A stretch of 63,914 nucleotides of DNA, counting the filler, from Dirinaria sp. TL-2023a (taxonomy: Eukaryota): the NCBI GenBank assembly GCA_051941275.1. It is 52 parts of 52 records of this genome, joined end to end, with 100 filler letters (N's around TTAATTAATTAA, not from the genome) between each part and the next. Parts side by side here need not be neighbours in the genome. Positions count along the whole stretch, not along the records: positions 1 to 1,162 come from JAVEBF010002942.1; positions 1,263 to 2,423 come from JAVEBF010002943.1; positions 2,524 to 3,681 come from JAVEBF010002944.1; positions 3,782 to 4,938 come from JAVEBF010002945.1; positions 5,039 to 6,194 come from JAVEBF010002946.1; positions 6,295 to 7,449 come from JAVEBF010002947.1; positions 7,550 to 8,702 come from JAVEBF010002948.1; positions 8,803 to 9,954 come from JAVEBF010002949.1; 44 more parts are not named here. One strand, written 5' to 3'. Below the pieces are notes generated by a model, which made no database searches, was not told the origin of the DNA, and saw only the letters and a program-made list of their open reading frames with translations. The position numbers and the translations under genes were made by a program. Positions 1 to 13,829 of the stretch are shown here, one piece after another (the first letter of the stretch is position 1; the number at the start of each line of letters is the position of its first letter).

Positions 1-730
1 AAAATAGTCAACAATACGTTCACTGCGCACAGAATCACCGCACAGAAATCTGCTTTAATATCAAGAAAGAGAACAGCTGGAAATGCGAAGCATGCAAAAG
101 CAAACATCGAACGTATGATCTCAAATGTTCTAAAAAACAGATTGAAAAACAAAAAATCAAAATCGTCGAAAAAATAAGATCGACGTTACACGCGATGCGC
201 GTCACGACGACGAACAGATCAACGACAAATTTCATCTTAAGAAACATATCAACGTCGTCAGTCGTATTGAAGAAAATAGACAAACGAAAAATTTCATCGA
301 TCTCGAGCTCGAACAGATCATCGACGACGAGCAAATTTTAGAACGTTTCGATAATTGCTGAGAATAGCGTGACAATTAAACTATTTAAGAAAAATCGATC
401 GAATGACTCAATCGAAAGTCAAACGACATTGACGAGTCAACGTAGCGACGACGACGACATGAAAATAGAGCAAAACGTGTCATTCACACAGAATATGAAA
501 CGTATCTTCATACAGAGCTCATTCACAAACGAGAAACTATAATGAAGACACGTTCAGAGCTTCGAATACTATAGTACAACGTTCAAAAATCGAGAAGCAA
601 GATGATGATAACTCTGCTGCAGAAGAAGAAAATTAAGAAATACGATATACTGATAATATAAGAGCTCTGACGTCACAGCGAAGACGCGAGAACGTACAAT
701 TCACGAAACACCGATTTCACGCTAGAAAAC
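1..730 (+). mobile_element. Tad1-like LINE fragment: ORF1 3' end (Cys/His knuckles) and start of ORF2 APE endonuclease, degraded
   Basis: HCAQNHRTEIC and KCEACKSKHRTYDLKC knuckles; from 542 MKTRSELRIL*YNVQKS...YDILII*EL* corresponds to the mutated LRILQYNVxKS...DIxxIQEPW APE motifs. Confidence 0.8.
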
Positions 731-1081
731 TGTCATGATACTTTGACCCTTACGGCCTAGTGACTTATTACGTGAGATGGGTGGAAGCTTTCCCAAGGTT
801 CTCTGGGGTCAGTAGAACTCAAGCGGATACTCGGAAACTTCTAGATGATTTGATGTCATCGTTTTATAAGCGCTGCGTAGGCTTCAGTACAATATATTCG
901 CAATACTGTCAAGTGATTGCGAGGTCGTATAGAATAAAGAGGCCATTCTCATTTCGAGAACTTGAGTTTCTCAGTAATTAGTCTTGATAATCATAAACTT
1001 CTTGTTTCTCATACTGTTGCACATTGTTACATAATCTAGCTAGTACTTGATTTTCATAAGAAATTTCTTACTAGCATAACA
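731..1081 (+). mobile_element. LTR inserted in LINE endonuclease (end may extend to 1130)
   Basis: TGTCATG...CATAACA termini; same 3' end recurs at 22509-22561; alternative end TATGATA at 1130 gives near-TSD AAAAC/GAAAC. Confidence 0.65.
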
Positions 1082-1162
1082 ATTCTAATTACTCTTCTTC
1101 TAAGAGTGATGATTCGTATACAGTATGATAGAAACAACTCGACAAGAACGTGTCGCGTCGCG

Positions 1163-1262
1163 NNNNNNNNNNNNNNNNNNNNNNNNNNNNNNNNNNNNNN
1201 NNNNNNTTAATTAATTAANNNNNNNNNNNNNNNNNNNNNNNNNNNNNNNNNNNNNNNNNNNN
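1163..1262. other. Artificial contig spacer N44-TTAATTAATTAA-N44 (first of 51; last at 62716-62815)
   Basis: Identical 100-bp linker recurs about every 1.2 kb; intervening contigs decrease monotonically in length from 1162 to 1099 bp. Confidence 0.99.
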
Positions 1263-2423
1263 GTTATATTCATCTTATTATTCTTCAACACTTCGCGGAT
1301 GAATATGAGGTTATCATATTTATTGATGGTATCGTTGAACATCCTCGTCATAGACGACGATTTCGCTCTTTTAGAGGCTTTCTTTTGACCTCGTTTCTTG
1401 ACAGTCTGAGATATAAATAATTGCTGAGAGAAAATCGAAAACTGATCAGACAGCATAAATTGAAACTGCAATATTTGTGAATTTGCTGACTCAGTCGACG
1501 AAAATGACTGCTGTTTCAATGAGAGTTAAGAAAAGACTGATGAGAAGTGTTTTTTCTTCACGTGAGAGCGTTTGTTTTGTCTCGAATTCTCGTCATATCT
1601 TGCGTTTACTGTTTTGACGTTTTGATCTGATAGATCTAGATCTGTCATACTCACAGTAATAGATTTGCTGTCAGAACTATCATAGTTTGTGTTAAATTGC
1701 GTGATGAGAATATTCTATTTGTTCGAATCGAAGAAATTTGATGTGTTTTCTTGTATTAAGTAAAACTCATACGACTTTACATCTTGAATCTCTGACTCAT
1801 CACAACTGATTAGAATTTTATAACTCACTGAGATCGTTTGATCAAACACGATTTTTCTCAAGTATGCTTGCTCTCAATAAGACAAGAGTTTCTTTTTACA
1901 TTCTCTGTCAATATGATCAACATGATCACATTTAACGCATAATCGATCATGTTGATCAATGTATCACTGTACAGAGTCATTAATGAAAGGGTTTTTCGAC
2001 TCAGATCTGTTCGATAAATTCTTCTGAGAAGATGACTGCTTGGGTTTGCGCGGTTGAGTTTGATTATTGAAGTTAGATGTCGAGGCTAACGATGGTCTTG
2101 ATTTCTGACGAGAAAAATGTTTCTGATTTTGAGTAGAGAGTTCGTGCATCGTCGAACTAGATCCTTTGACTGCTTAAGGTAAGAGCAAAAATGAGGATCG
2201 CGATGAGATTGCGGTCGAATTCTGATGTATCGTTCATTCTAAGACAGATCTACCCTTATCAGCATGATAAGAAGTGAGCATAGCTTGAATCTGATGCTGT
2301 GAGATATTTCTTTGAGCGAGCTCTTTGTAAAATGCCAACTCGTTCTGTTTAAGTTCCTCGTCAAATAATTTCTGCATTTCAATATTGATGCGTCTGATTT
2401 TCTCAGTCAGACTGTAAATACTT
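1263..2423 (-). mobile_element. LTR retrotransposon gag region with CCHC zinc knuckle, degraded
   Basis: Minus strand LCVKCDHVDHIDRECKKKLLSY*EQAYLRKIVF (CX2CX4HX4C) around 1850-1950; CC/GG-depleted. Confidence 0.65.
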
Positions 2424-2523
2424 NNNNNNNNNNNNNNNNNNNNNNNNNNNNNNNNNNNNNNNNNNNNTTAATTAATTAANNNNNNNNNNNNNNNNNNNNN
2501 NNNNNNNNNNNNNNNNNNNNNNN

Positions 2524-3681
2524 ATGTTGCTATCGTCCAACAAATTCAGATCAAAAGCAGAGGAGACCCTGAAAGAGGGGCTGGAGATGGCTCCGAAGCT
2601 CGAGCTCGTAGAGAAGAAAGTTGAAGGTGCAGAGACGAGTCAAGATGTCATACTGGAGGATTCGACGAATGAACAGGGAGGCATTATGTTGTATACCTCA
2701 GGCACCACCAGTCGACCAGTATACACCCTCCCTTTGATGTGTATAACGGCAACTAAGCATTGCTATATTATAGAAGGGGGTCCTCCTCCCCCAAAGCGTC
2801 CTAACAGCGCAATGCCGCTCTCTCCTCCAAGCCTGGAATTATACCCCGAAAGACCGCCTTCTGCACGTCCTTCCTCTTCACCACATCCACGGCACCGTCA
2901 ACGCGCTCCTAACCCCTCTTCTAGCCGGCTCCTCGATTGAGTTCATGTTTCCCTTTAACGTCGCCGCGGTCTGGGATCGCCTTGGCGCCCCTTTTCTGGC
3001 CCCGAATCAGTCCCAAGGCGAGAGGAAACAACCTATAACATTCCTCACAGTTGTGCCTACAATCTACAACCGTCTCTTATCTTCTCATAAGGAGCTTAGT
3101 TCACGAATATCAGAAGCATCGAAGAAAGCGCTCTCGCCAGAGAATATGCGACTGAACATCTCCGGCTCAGCCGCTCTTCCTACACCCACGAAGAGTGCGT
3201 GGACGGAGCTCAGCAGCGGTAATGTTCTACTCGAACGGTACGGAATGACGGAAGTCGGCATGGCATTGTCCTGCGGTCTGTCCTTTTCCGACCGCGTCGA
3301 TGGTTCAGTTGGCTGGCCCCTACCGTTCGTGGAAGCTCGACTGGTAGACACAGAAACCAACGAAGTAATACCACCAGGGGAAGAAAAAGATACCGACGGG
3401 AGCGAGCGCGAAGGAGAGATCCAATTGCGTGGGCCAACGGTATTCAAAGAATACTGGCGCAACCCAAAAGCCACAACGGAAGAATTCGTCGAAGGTGAAG
3501 ACGGAAAAGGACGCTGGTTCAAAACCGGCGACGTAGCGATCCGAAGACAGGTCGAGGGCGCCGGGCAAAGCGACCAAGCATGGGCCAAGGGACCGATGTA
3601 CTTCATCCGCGGCCGCAAAAGCGTCGACATCATCAAAAGCGGTGGAGAGAAAGTGTCGGCGCTGGAAATCGAACGAGAACT
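2524..3681 (+). CDS. AMP-binding acyl-CoA synthetase, ACSF3/malonyl-CoA synthetase-like (internal fragment; intron 2719-2773)
   Basis: YTSGTTSRP|KGV P-loop restored by removing a GT..AG intron; LPLHHIHG, SGSAAL, ERYGMTE, WFKTGD, GRKSVDIIKSGGEKVSALEIE motifs. Confidence 0.92.
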
Positions 3682-4221
3682 NNNNNNNNNNNNNNNNNNN
3701 NNNNNNNNNNNNNNNNNNNNNNNNNTTAATTAATTAANNNNNNNNNNNNNNNNNNNNNNNNNNNNNNNNNNNNNNNNNNNNGAGGGGGGGGGGATAAATA
3801 TTCTTTAGAAACGGGGAGGTTTTGGTCGCGCTTAAGAGTCGGTGCGGAGATTGATGAGAGAGAGAAGTGATGAGAGGGGGTGATTTAGGGAAGAGGGTTT
3901 AAGAACTGTATTATGCAGGGGAGTTGATTTTTCGATGCTGTTGAAAGATAAGACTGGAGGTGGCCGCCGTTAGGCGCACACCCCCCTTTCCCAATGGCAA
4001 ACCCCTTCTTCTCAACTCAACCCCTGCTCATACTTACATGATCAATCGTTCGATACGTCTCTTGTCAAGAACATGCACTGTCTCAACATTTGTAGAGCTG
4101 AACGATAAGTATCACGTAGACGATAGAGGTAGTAGTTGACTTCAAGAACTGTCTCGGCTTTCGACTAAAAATTTGTTCGAAAATATTCAAGATCTTTTCG
4201 AAGTTTTTTTTTTTTCGAAAA

Positions 4222-4938
4222 GTGCACATTTCGACACTCAAAGAACGTCATGATCAGGGGGCTCAGACCACCATAGACCTGAGCTTCACCACAGACGGTG
4301 TTGCTGACAGACTAATATACTGCGGAGTAGATAATGAAGTGGAAAATTCATCTGATCATTTACCAATACGAACGGTATTGGACCTTCGCACACAGGAAGA
4401 GTCACAACGTCACCCCCGACGCAACTGAAAGAAGATGAATGTGGAGAAGTTCGACAATGTACTACGAGATCATCTACCAGAACCAATGTCACAAGAACTG
4501 ACAGATCGCCAGCGCATTGACGAGTACACAATGAAGCTACTAGATGCCTTAGAAAAGGCAACAGAGGCGTTCACGCTCTGAGCCAAGCCGCATGAGATGG
4601 CCAAAGCGGCATGAACAGACGAGTGCACTCAGGCAGTGAAAGAGACTAGACGTCTGCGTCGCGAATGTCGTACTTCGGCAGACTGGCAAGCGTATATAAA
4701 AGCCTGCGATCGCAAGAGAAAGATATTGAGAAAACATAAACGAAACGAGTTTCGCACGGTCATGCAGGTCTCGAAAGCGACTAGTAAAACTCTCTTCAGC
4801 AACGTCAAATGAGCTCGAAACGCGATAGCAGACACGTTGACTCAAGCGATCATTTCATCGTTAAATCGAGACGAAGACATAGTCGTCACGGCAGCACAGA
4901 AGACAGAACTCATGTTTCAGACGCATTTTTCATCTTCG
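4222..4938 (+). mobile_element. Tad1-like LINE ORF2 fragment (APE C-terminus and linker)
   Basis: TTIDLSF...SSDHLPI APE motifs followed by TGG-to-TGA stops; 4670-4938 near-identical to 14675-14948. Confidence 0.85.
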
Positions 4939-7900
4939 NNNNNNNNNNNNNNNNNNNNNNNNNNNNNNNNNNNNNNNNNNNNTTAATTAATTAANNNNNN
5001 NNNNNNNNNNNNNNNNNNNNNNNNNNNNNNNNNNNNNNGCATGTCTTGTAGGACGCCTCTTCGCTACAGACGTTGGTGACGCCAAGTGGCCAGTCAGAGC
5101 GTAGAGCATGTGCATCCTACTGAACCGGCAGCATTTGCTTAGCCACGCTCCCTGATACGAGGTGCTGCAATCCGAGTAACTCATCTGATTCTGCGCACCA
5201 TGATGAGTACATGAAGAGCTCAGATTCTGATCTTAGCTACAAGCCTCGCAGGCACCTCCTATCTCTCCATTAGATTCTCCACGGGGTTTTTTAAATCTGC
5301 GCTGCTTTGTACGACTCGGAACTGAGTCGTTTCTCGACTTATCCTTGTCCTAGTTTCTTCCCTTTCTGTCTGTGAGAGCATGATCGAAGACATACTTGCT
5401 TAGACGTTCTTGTAGTGGGGAGCTCGGTGACTGGTCTGCCCACAGTTGGGAATCTACATTGATAGAAAAGAGCGGCTGGGATCCGATGTATGTACTGTAC
5501 ATACATATATGCGAGATGAAGGGTCTAAGCACACTTTCCTCAAAGCCCCTGTCACGTGACTAGCAAATCCGAAGGCGGTTACTCCGTAGTTGGAGCCAGA
5601 CTGCCACAGCGCCAAGACTAGTCGTCCAGGTGGCTGAGGTGCTCGCACAGGTCCTTTAGGCTGTGCAGAAAACCGCTGCACCGTATCCGTACTTAGGTAG
5701 TAAGTTGGCGAGCTCGTGTGGTATGATTAGGTTAGGTGGTCCTCTGGGCGACTTTCAATTGACTCCAGCATGTTTTGCCTTTGGGATGAGTCAGGAGGAT
5801 TGCTGGATAGACTGGTTAGCAGCCCGTTGTACATCCCTTAGCTTCATAAGGCCAATAAGATACTTTGTACTTGTGAATCCGTTCGAGGGTTTAGGTACCG
5901 TAGTGGAGCACTTAAAGGCCCATAAGGTACTTACAGTTAAGCGCAGGCGAGCATTTCAGCCTTGGACCTGCATAAAGTGACCTACGGGTGCCCCACATAA
6001 AAATGCAAGCATATCTAATACTGCTGGTGGATGTGCGCGAGTAATCCTACCATTCGGCCCCTCTGCAGTCTGCTTGCTGCCTAAAACCAAAGAAACGCAT
6101 AAGTAGTTCGGAGTCCTCTTATCTCTTCTTGCTATTGCATCTTCCGTCAATCAATCGCGACACCCTTCCAAGCTATCTCGGTGCCTCGGATGCTNNNNNN
6201 NNNNNNNNNNNNNNNNNNNNNNNNNNNNNNNNNNNNNNTTAATTAATTAANNNNNNNNNNNNNNNNNNNNNNNNNNNNNNNNNNNNNNNNNNNNGGATGG
6301 ACAATCATCGCTGCCTCGTGATCGCCTCCGTGAATCGTCTGCCCACCAGGAGAACCCAGATGATTAACGGGTGCGGTATCGTCGCGAAGCGAAGTCTGAG
6401 ACTCACGAGACAATGATCTAAGGGATGACTAGTTACTATGTGAAGTATTGTACAAGACGAATCACAAGGAAAGAAAGAGAAAACCAGCAATCTGTGAACG
6501 ACGACTGAGTATAAGTATCTAGCGGAGTGTTATTGAACTCATGTGTTGAACCTCAATCGCAATCTCTAATGAGTTGAGCTCGCGCGGCGTTCGTTGAAGT
6601 CATGTGTTGCGCTTTTCGATGATAAAGTTCCATCGTTGAATTCAGCCTTGTCAAGTCCATGCCAAGCTCGATAAGTTACGTGGGTAATTGCCTTTTTGCC
6701 GTGAAACCTATTAGGTAAGCCGATAAAGGGAGTGTTTACGCAATCGTGGATCTTTGACTGCTTCTTCGGGTGAAAGCTTGAGTTGTGTGATATCAGTCTC
6801 AGACTCAATGCTCGTAGCTCTTGAGGAGGCGTTGGTTTTACTGGTCATCTCGTCGCCATCCTCAATCACGAGAGATTTATCTGAAGCTTGTCAGAGAGAA
6901 ATCAGGCTTTCACTGAGAACGCGCTGTCAGTGCTCACACAACGTCTAGCTCCTGTTGCGGCAATTGTACCACAAGACTCAAACAAGTCGCGTTGACTTGT
7001 ACCGAGCATGAGGTCAACATCTCTGCTCAGTTCCCTTCGACATGCACCAATTTCCGCCCTCGTGTCCATCCTCAGTGCTACGCACACTCGCTTTGCTACA
7101 TTAGAACCCCAAAGCTCATCGAGCTTTTTAAATTGGGTCAAAAAAGGAGCATTTTAAAGTGCTCTATAATTTGAAGCTATACCAATTACATAATATGAGG
7201 TAAGCATGCTATAGGCATAGAACAATGTATATGAGCAGCGAATCTATTTTCGACTTTACCGCCAATTCATTACCAATGTTATAAATTTAGGGAGCCCTTA
7301 TTTGTACCCGCGATCCGTAGTTGTACCCGTCAAGCCGGAGAAACTACTAGGGTTGTTACAGGATTATCATAAAACCAACGCCAAAATCACCAGGGGGAGT
7401 GCAACACCTACACTGCATCATCTCTTGTACCTGTACCTAGACAGCCAGGNNNNNNNNNNNNNNNNNNNNNNNNNNNNNNNNNNNNNNNNNNNNTTAATTA
7501 ATTAANNNNNNNNNNNNNNNNNNNNNNNNNNNNNNNNNNNNNNNNNNNNGAAAGAAGTACAGGTTACTGAAGTCTTGACTTTCATTGAATACTCCACTAA
7601 GACTAAATAATCCCACAAATTTCGCAAACATCTCTCTTTAGACAATGTACTTCATCACGGCAAAAACCAGCGATCAATCTCCCCCAGCAAGGATATTTCG
7701 AAACCTCGTCAATAATAATTCTGGCTCTAAATGAACTTCTATACCTTCTCTATTCCCCAGAGAGTCTAAGACAAACCGACATCTCATAGTCACCACCTAT
7801 TTATTCAGACTGCTCTGCTGAAGGAGAACGAACTTGGAGCAAAATTAACAAAGATCGAGTGAATCATCAAGCGCTCGGATGTGAAGATACAGAGTTGACA

Positions 7901-8879
7901 AAACGCTTAAGTTAGATCAACTAATAGAAATTTTATCTTATTCACCAGTTTCGGTCAACGCTTCGAATCCGAGTTCAATATTCGAAAATTATACCTAGAT
8001 AGTGCAAGCTTACAGCATGACGATATAGAAGAGCGTTGTGGTCTCTTGAACATCTTCTAATACGAAGAAGGTATTGTCTTTCGTGTGGAGGGTATGAGTA
8101 TTTATCGACAACGCGATGCGATTCTTTGCGGATATTCTACTCATCGCGACTGATAAGGTGTAGATAATTAAGACGGTACCAAACAGGACTTCTTTGAATG
8201 TTAGAACAGCTGGATATTTCAATTACAAGATAGCGAAGAAGTGCAGCTCTTTACTCGAAGAGCACACTCAAGCACATCTCGACGTCTTCTCAGCATTCAT
8301 GATCGAGATCATCATATCGTTTATCTGTCTACTACGAACTCTCTCGAAGAATTCAGAAACTAGTACATGCCATCTTCTTCTGAATCGAGAAGTAACTTCT
8401 CAGTTGAAAACACTTCATCATCGATCGATGATTGAACATCATTCATACTCATATCATCTCGGTCTTTATTTACTTCTTTTTTTCTCTGACACTATGGATC
8501 GACGACGATACAATGACTCTCAGCAATGACTCGGATTTTCAGATTCTGTGACATCTTTTCGGACAAGAGATAACTTTTATCTCAACCATGTTACCTCTAG
8601 GACTTCTTTGGAAGTTTACAGCATCGAGTTGCGCTTCCATTTAATTGAAGAAAGAAACTCTGGATCATTCAGTAGCAACAATTCAGCACTGGTTCTAGGC
8701 TGNNNNNNNNNNNNNNNNNNNNNNNNNNNNNNNNNNNNNNNNNNNNTTAATTAATTAANNNNNNNNNNNNNNNNNNNNNNNNNNNNNNNNNNNNNNNNNN
8801 NNCAACAATGCATTGACCTAGATGGCAATGTCAGCAACGCATCCGGTAGGCATCTAGACACTTCCCCCTAGCCCTGCTA

Positions 8880-9954
8880 GACACTTTAGTTCATATCTCA
8901 GAACTACAATGCCTTCAATTCGACAGTTCGCTAGAGTCAGAAGGATCACCCGCCGCGCTCAGAAATCAACTGCATCGACATTCTCATCGACAACGACACT
9001 CTCATCGTCATCGACAGCGGCGTCATTCTCTGACATTCTCATTGACACGATGTCATCTTCTCTGAAGATTTCTGACTCGCAACCCATCTCGTCGTCAACG
9101 CGCTCGTCAGCACGCGTCGCGAATATTGAGGCATTACTAGCTGATATTGAAGTCGAAAAACGATATAAGACACTAAAGACAGAGCTTCTCGTCATTAGAA
9201 ACGAGCACGACTCTTTCTCAGAAACGTCATCGACGTCATCATCATTGCTTCATCGCCTGCTTCAACATCAAATCGCACTCGATTTTCGCATCGCAAAGCG
9301 CTTTTTCACACTAGATTCACTAGTTAGTTCATATCTCAGAACTACAATGTCTTCAATTCGGCAGTCCGCTAAGGTCAGAAGAATCACTCGTCGCGCTCAG
9401 AAGTCAACTGCATCGGCATTCTCATCGGCAACGGCACTCTCATCGTCATCGGCAGCGGCGTCATTCTCTGACACCCTCATTGACACGATGTCATCTCCTC
9501 TGAAGGTTTCTGACTCGCAACCCACCTCGTCGCCAACACGCTCGTCAGCACGCGCCGCGGATATTGAGGCATTACTAGCTGATATTGAAGCCGAAAAACG
9601 ATATAAGACACTAAAGACAGAGCTTCTCGTCATTAGAAACGAGCACGACTTTTTCTCAGAAACGTCATCGACGTCATCATCATTGTCAGTTGCGACGTCG
9701 CAGTATCAGACTTCGAATGAGTTCTTCTTCGATAAAGAATTTTTTTTTTTGTCTCTTTCTCAAATGTTTTCTGCGGTGAATCAAAAATACTACTCTGAAA
9801 TTTGACGCGACGAATTCAATTCTCGCGAGCTCAAAAAACTCTTCAATGATTGATCGAATCGTGTTGCGCAGTATGATGATGTCACGAAGATCGAAATGAA
9901 ATCAGTTGCGCGATTCGTCAAGATCATGAAGGTTTACTCTCAGATGATTAGACA
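8880..9954 (+). mobile_element. Repeated ORF1/gag-like sequence, possibly of a tyrosine-recombinase (Ngaro/DIRS-like) retroelement, with internal 438-bp tandem duplication
   Basis: Second copy at 63061-63914; mutated FSAVNQKYYSEI*RDEF...MKVYSQ...ALITYRYR...YIVESI recalls fungal YR-retroelement ORF1; family assignment from memory only. Confidence 0.45.
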
Positions 9955-10054
9955 NNNNNNNNNNNNNNNNNNNNNNNNNNNNNNNNNNNNNNNNNNNNTT
10001 AATTAATTAANNNNNNNNNNNNNNNNNNNNNNNNNNNNNNNNNNNNNNNNNNNN

Positions 10055-10100
<46 letters not shown>

Positions 10101-12552
10101 GATATCAACACGGCAGCAGTCGTTTCAACAAACCACTCTGCTAAAATGAAATCAATATTACAGACCTTCAATTTTCGAGATATCCATATCTCAGCTCAGC
10201 AGTGAAAGATTTCAGATGCGACATGTTCAAGATCATATAGGACTTCTCATTCTAAGTATCCCACTCCTACTAATAACTAAACTGATGAGCCGCAAATCAG
10301 CGTGTTCATCAAAAGTCTATGAATCTCCTAAATCAGCGATTTCAATAAAATCTTCCTCTGAAGCGATCATATCTCCCCCCCCCAAAAAACGCATAACAAT
10401 CTCATATTCATAGCTCCTTCAAACCGTTCTATCATCATCCTCAAACTCTTCGGATTCTTTGAGTTGTGTGACATCGGAGTTGAGTTTTATGAGCTATGAA
10501 TATTGAAAAGAGGGGCTGTGAGCTAAATGCGAACTATCTATAGGGGGGATTAGACTTCTTTTTTTTAGTTGTAGTTTATTCCGCATTGCACAATTAAAAA
10601 ACTCAGGCAAATTCATTGCTAAGATACCGAACAGCTTTTCCATGTCTTAGCATCGATCCCTATCTCTATCCCAAAATCCCTATACCCACCTCCTCATATA
10701 ACACCCAAACCATCAGCATCGTTCCTTTCCCATATATAAAACGATATCCAGCCGCCCTCCTAAGTAAAAGTTCCTGCTGGACAGCAAAACATTAAACAAA
10801 CTATTATCAATGCGCATGCACTGGGCAATAACTCTTTGTAATGCACGTAGAATTCAAACGTGAAAGATTTATATAGTGTGTATTTTATCTAAGCATATCA
10901 AAATCCCGCTCAAATACCAGTAATCCTGTGATTGCATACTCAAATCCACTAAATCAAGATCTCCAGATTAGTCTAACCCATCCCTTATTCAGAGTGGACT
11001 CCATCACGATCAGAGAAGGATTATTTCTGATTCGGGTATTATCTTTCATGCTTCAGATCCATCAACATTTTTGTACAGACAGGGTATCTGCGCTCTTTTC
11101 AAGCCAGTGCGTTCTATATTGAATACATACACCCGAATAAAGGGCTTTCGAAAACTTTACTCGATTCAAATTGCGGTAAATGTAAAAAGAATACTGCTTA
11201 TCGGNNNNNNNNNNNNNNNNNNNNNNNNNNNNNNNNNNNNNNNNNNNNTTAATTAATTAANNNNNNNNNNNNNNNNNNNNNNNNNNNNNNNNNNNNNNNN
11301 NNNNTCCCCTCCCCTCCCATATGAACTTTCCACGAACTTATCCAAATCCAAGAATTAACCCCTCAGTAGTAACAACAAACTTTCCACTGATTTTTCCTCC
11401 TCAAAAAATCAGCCCAGAAAACGTATATAAACCAAATAGACAACAACCTCCTCACTCACACGCCAAACAAAGAAAACCCCAACCCACCCCTCTCAGGGAT
11501 TTAGAATACCCCTCATTCTCATTCCTTCCCCAGGTCATTATTTCCTTCCCCCGCCCTGCTCCTCCACAAACATTCCACTCTCCAAATCAAAAACGGCATA
11601 TCTCTCGCTTGTAAGATATTGAGAAACGACTTTCAGCGTGCGCTAGGGAATAAGAGTGAAGTTCATATATATAACTCAAGTGTATCAAATTCTTATGAGC
11701 TGAAACGAAATTGAGGTTTTTACTCTTCTCTCAAAAAGAACCTGATCGATCAGGATCAAGACGAAATAGGATCATGAATGATCGGCTTCAAAATCCAGAG
11801 CTTTATCTCCGCAATTAAACAATAAAACGCGTCATACCACCAAAAGAATCTTTTCAAAAGTCTTCAATATCGTTCTTATAAGAAACAATAAGAGTCATTT
11901 AAACCAACAATGAAATCCCGCTTCATCCCTTCTCTCCACCTCCACCTCCAGATCTCATATCCTCCCCCTATTCAAAGCTAAACTCAGCTTGGCTTTACCA
12001 CCACAATCCCACCAAGAACAGAACAGAAAACCCCTATATTTATAGACTTTTGTCTTGGAAATTAAATGACGCAGTCAGAAGTAGAGAGTTGATTACGCGA
12101 TGCTGCATGATTCATTGATGCAGCTTATATATCTATGTGTCTTAAGCTAAGCTAGGCTAGCTGTGCGAATCACATCTGTTTTTATCGTTTGTTAGGTTGG
12201 TATATAGATCCATGATTGATGATGCAGGCGTTCCTCGTTGGAATTAAAGACGGAAGTATGGTATTTGATGGTATTTTATTTTATTTCGTCGGACTAGAAG
12301 ATATAAGGAGGGAAAACATGCAAGCAGTGGACTGAAATGGATGATGGATCAGGTCCGAGTCCCTGAACTAGAGCTAATTTTTCTTTAAGAAATTTTGATA
12401 TGGTAAGGTAAGGTAAGGCATAGCTTTGACACTATAGATTAGAAGCCCCTCTNNNNNNNNNNNNNNNNNNNNNNNNNNNNNNNNNNNNNNNNNNNNTTAA
12501 TTAATTAANNNNNNNNNNNNNNNNNNNNNNNNNNNNNNNNNNNNNNNNNNNN

Positions 12553-13440
12553 TGACAGACATCGACAACTGTGAAAAAGATACAATCTTTTCTCGATTTC
12601 ACAAACTACAATCGAAATTTCATCAGAGACTACTCTAAAAAGACAGTATCTTTAACTAAACTCACTGCGAAGAACACTCAATGAATCTGAGAAAAGAACG
12701 AACAAGAAGCATTCGAACAGTTGAAGAAAACATGTTTGAAGAAATCAACACTTAGAATGTTTGACGAAACGAAATCAATACGAATAAAGACTGATGCATC
12801 AGATTTGACTATAAAGACTTGTCTGTGTCAGAAGAAACAGAGCAAATGACACTCAGTGACATACTTCTCGAGGAAATTATCATCAGTCGAACAGAACTAC
12901 GACATACACGACAAGGAACTACTAGCTATTGTAGCATCCTTGGAAACCTGGAGGGTATATGCAGAAGGAGTATCTGGACTTGAAATACTAACAGAAGACA
13001 AGTCAGATGATGGGAACTCCTTGGACAATATAAGTTTACTATAAGATATACATCAGAAAAAGACAATGACAGGGTGGACGCACTAAATCGACGAAGCGAC
13101 TATATGAAAGACAAGACGAAGTTCAATCATAGCATATTAAAAGTGAATTAGAATGAATCACTATCGACAAACAAAACTCAGAAGTTAAATGCGACGCTGC
13201 GCATACTTCGAGACGATCAAAAGCAATACTCTATACAGAGAGAAAAACTGCAGATATCGACAGACAAGATTGAAGATTGCATTAAAAAAATATCACGATG
13301 AGTCACTGCAGAGACATTTGAGAATATTCAAAACGATACAGCTTTTACGACGAGATTGTCAGTTTTCACAAATGAGACAAAAAATCGAGACATACATTAA
13401 ACGATGTTCTAGCTGTCAGAAAAACAAACATGCGACTCAT
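12553..13440 (+). mobile_element. Ty3/Gypsy pol fragment (RT end, RNase H, integrase HHCC)
   Basis: [50 protein letters not shown]...CSSCQ. Confidence 0.92.
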
Positions 13441-13700
13441 TGTAAGGTCGTATGCGCCGGTTACCCGCCGGCGCAGTACTTGTGTGAAAGACGTGACAGT
13501 GTAATAGATTATATGGCTACCTGATACTGTAGTTCCTGCTAGAACTAATCACTAAGGACCCCCCTTCGAAAGAGCTGAGTGATTCTCTATACTTAACCGC
13601 GAGCGTTAACATTGCCTCATCATGACGAGCCTCGCGCTGACGAATCACGAGCGCTCGTAGACACAATGTTCTATAAACGTCAATCGCTCACTGACTTTTA
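13441..13700 (+). mobile_element. LTR (partial) inserted into Gypsy integrase; same family as 34876-35068 and 62082-62493
   Basis: Abrupt TGTAAG start and switch to CC/GG-rich sequence; matches reverse complement of 62082-62493. Confidence 0.85.
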
Positions 13701-13829
13701 NNNNNNNNNNNNNNNNNNNNNNNNNNNNNNNNNNNNNNNNNNNNTTAATTAATTAANNNNNNNNNNNNNNNNNNNNNNNNNNNNNNNNNNNNNNNNNNNN
13801 CTCTCTCTCTCTCTCTCTCGTGCGCGCTA

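Noticed and set aside
3085..3636. 183-aa minus-strand ORF, and similar antisense ORFs at 33998-34402, 44802-45143 and 50790-51092
   Set aside because: Shadows of real GC-rich genes on the opposite strand
5039..8702. Possible degenerate genes in three contigs (also 15049-16194, 48334-49449, 51971-53079, 59212-60314)
   Set aside because: No frame gave a motif I could recognise with confidence
8909..9805. 298-aa Ser/Thr-rich protein as a real host gene
   Set aside because: Composition results from Pro-to-Ser hypermutation plus a tandem duplication; the frame continues through TGA codons in a repeat
10055..10093. Poly(A) tract as retroposon tail; also (CT)n at 13801 and (TAGAG)n at 51848
   Set aside because: Simple repeats at contig edges that explain assembly breaks; no attached element visible
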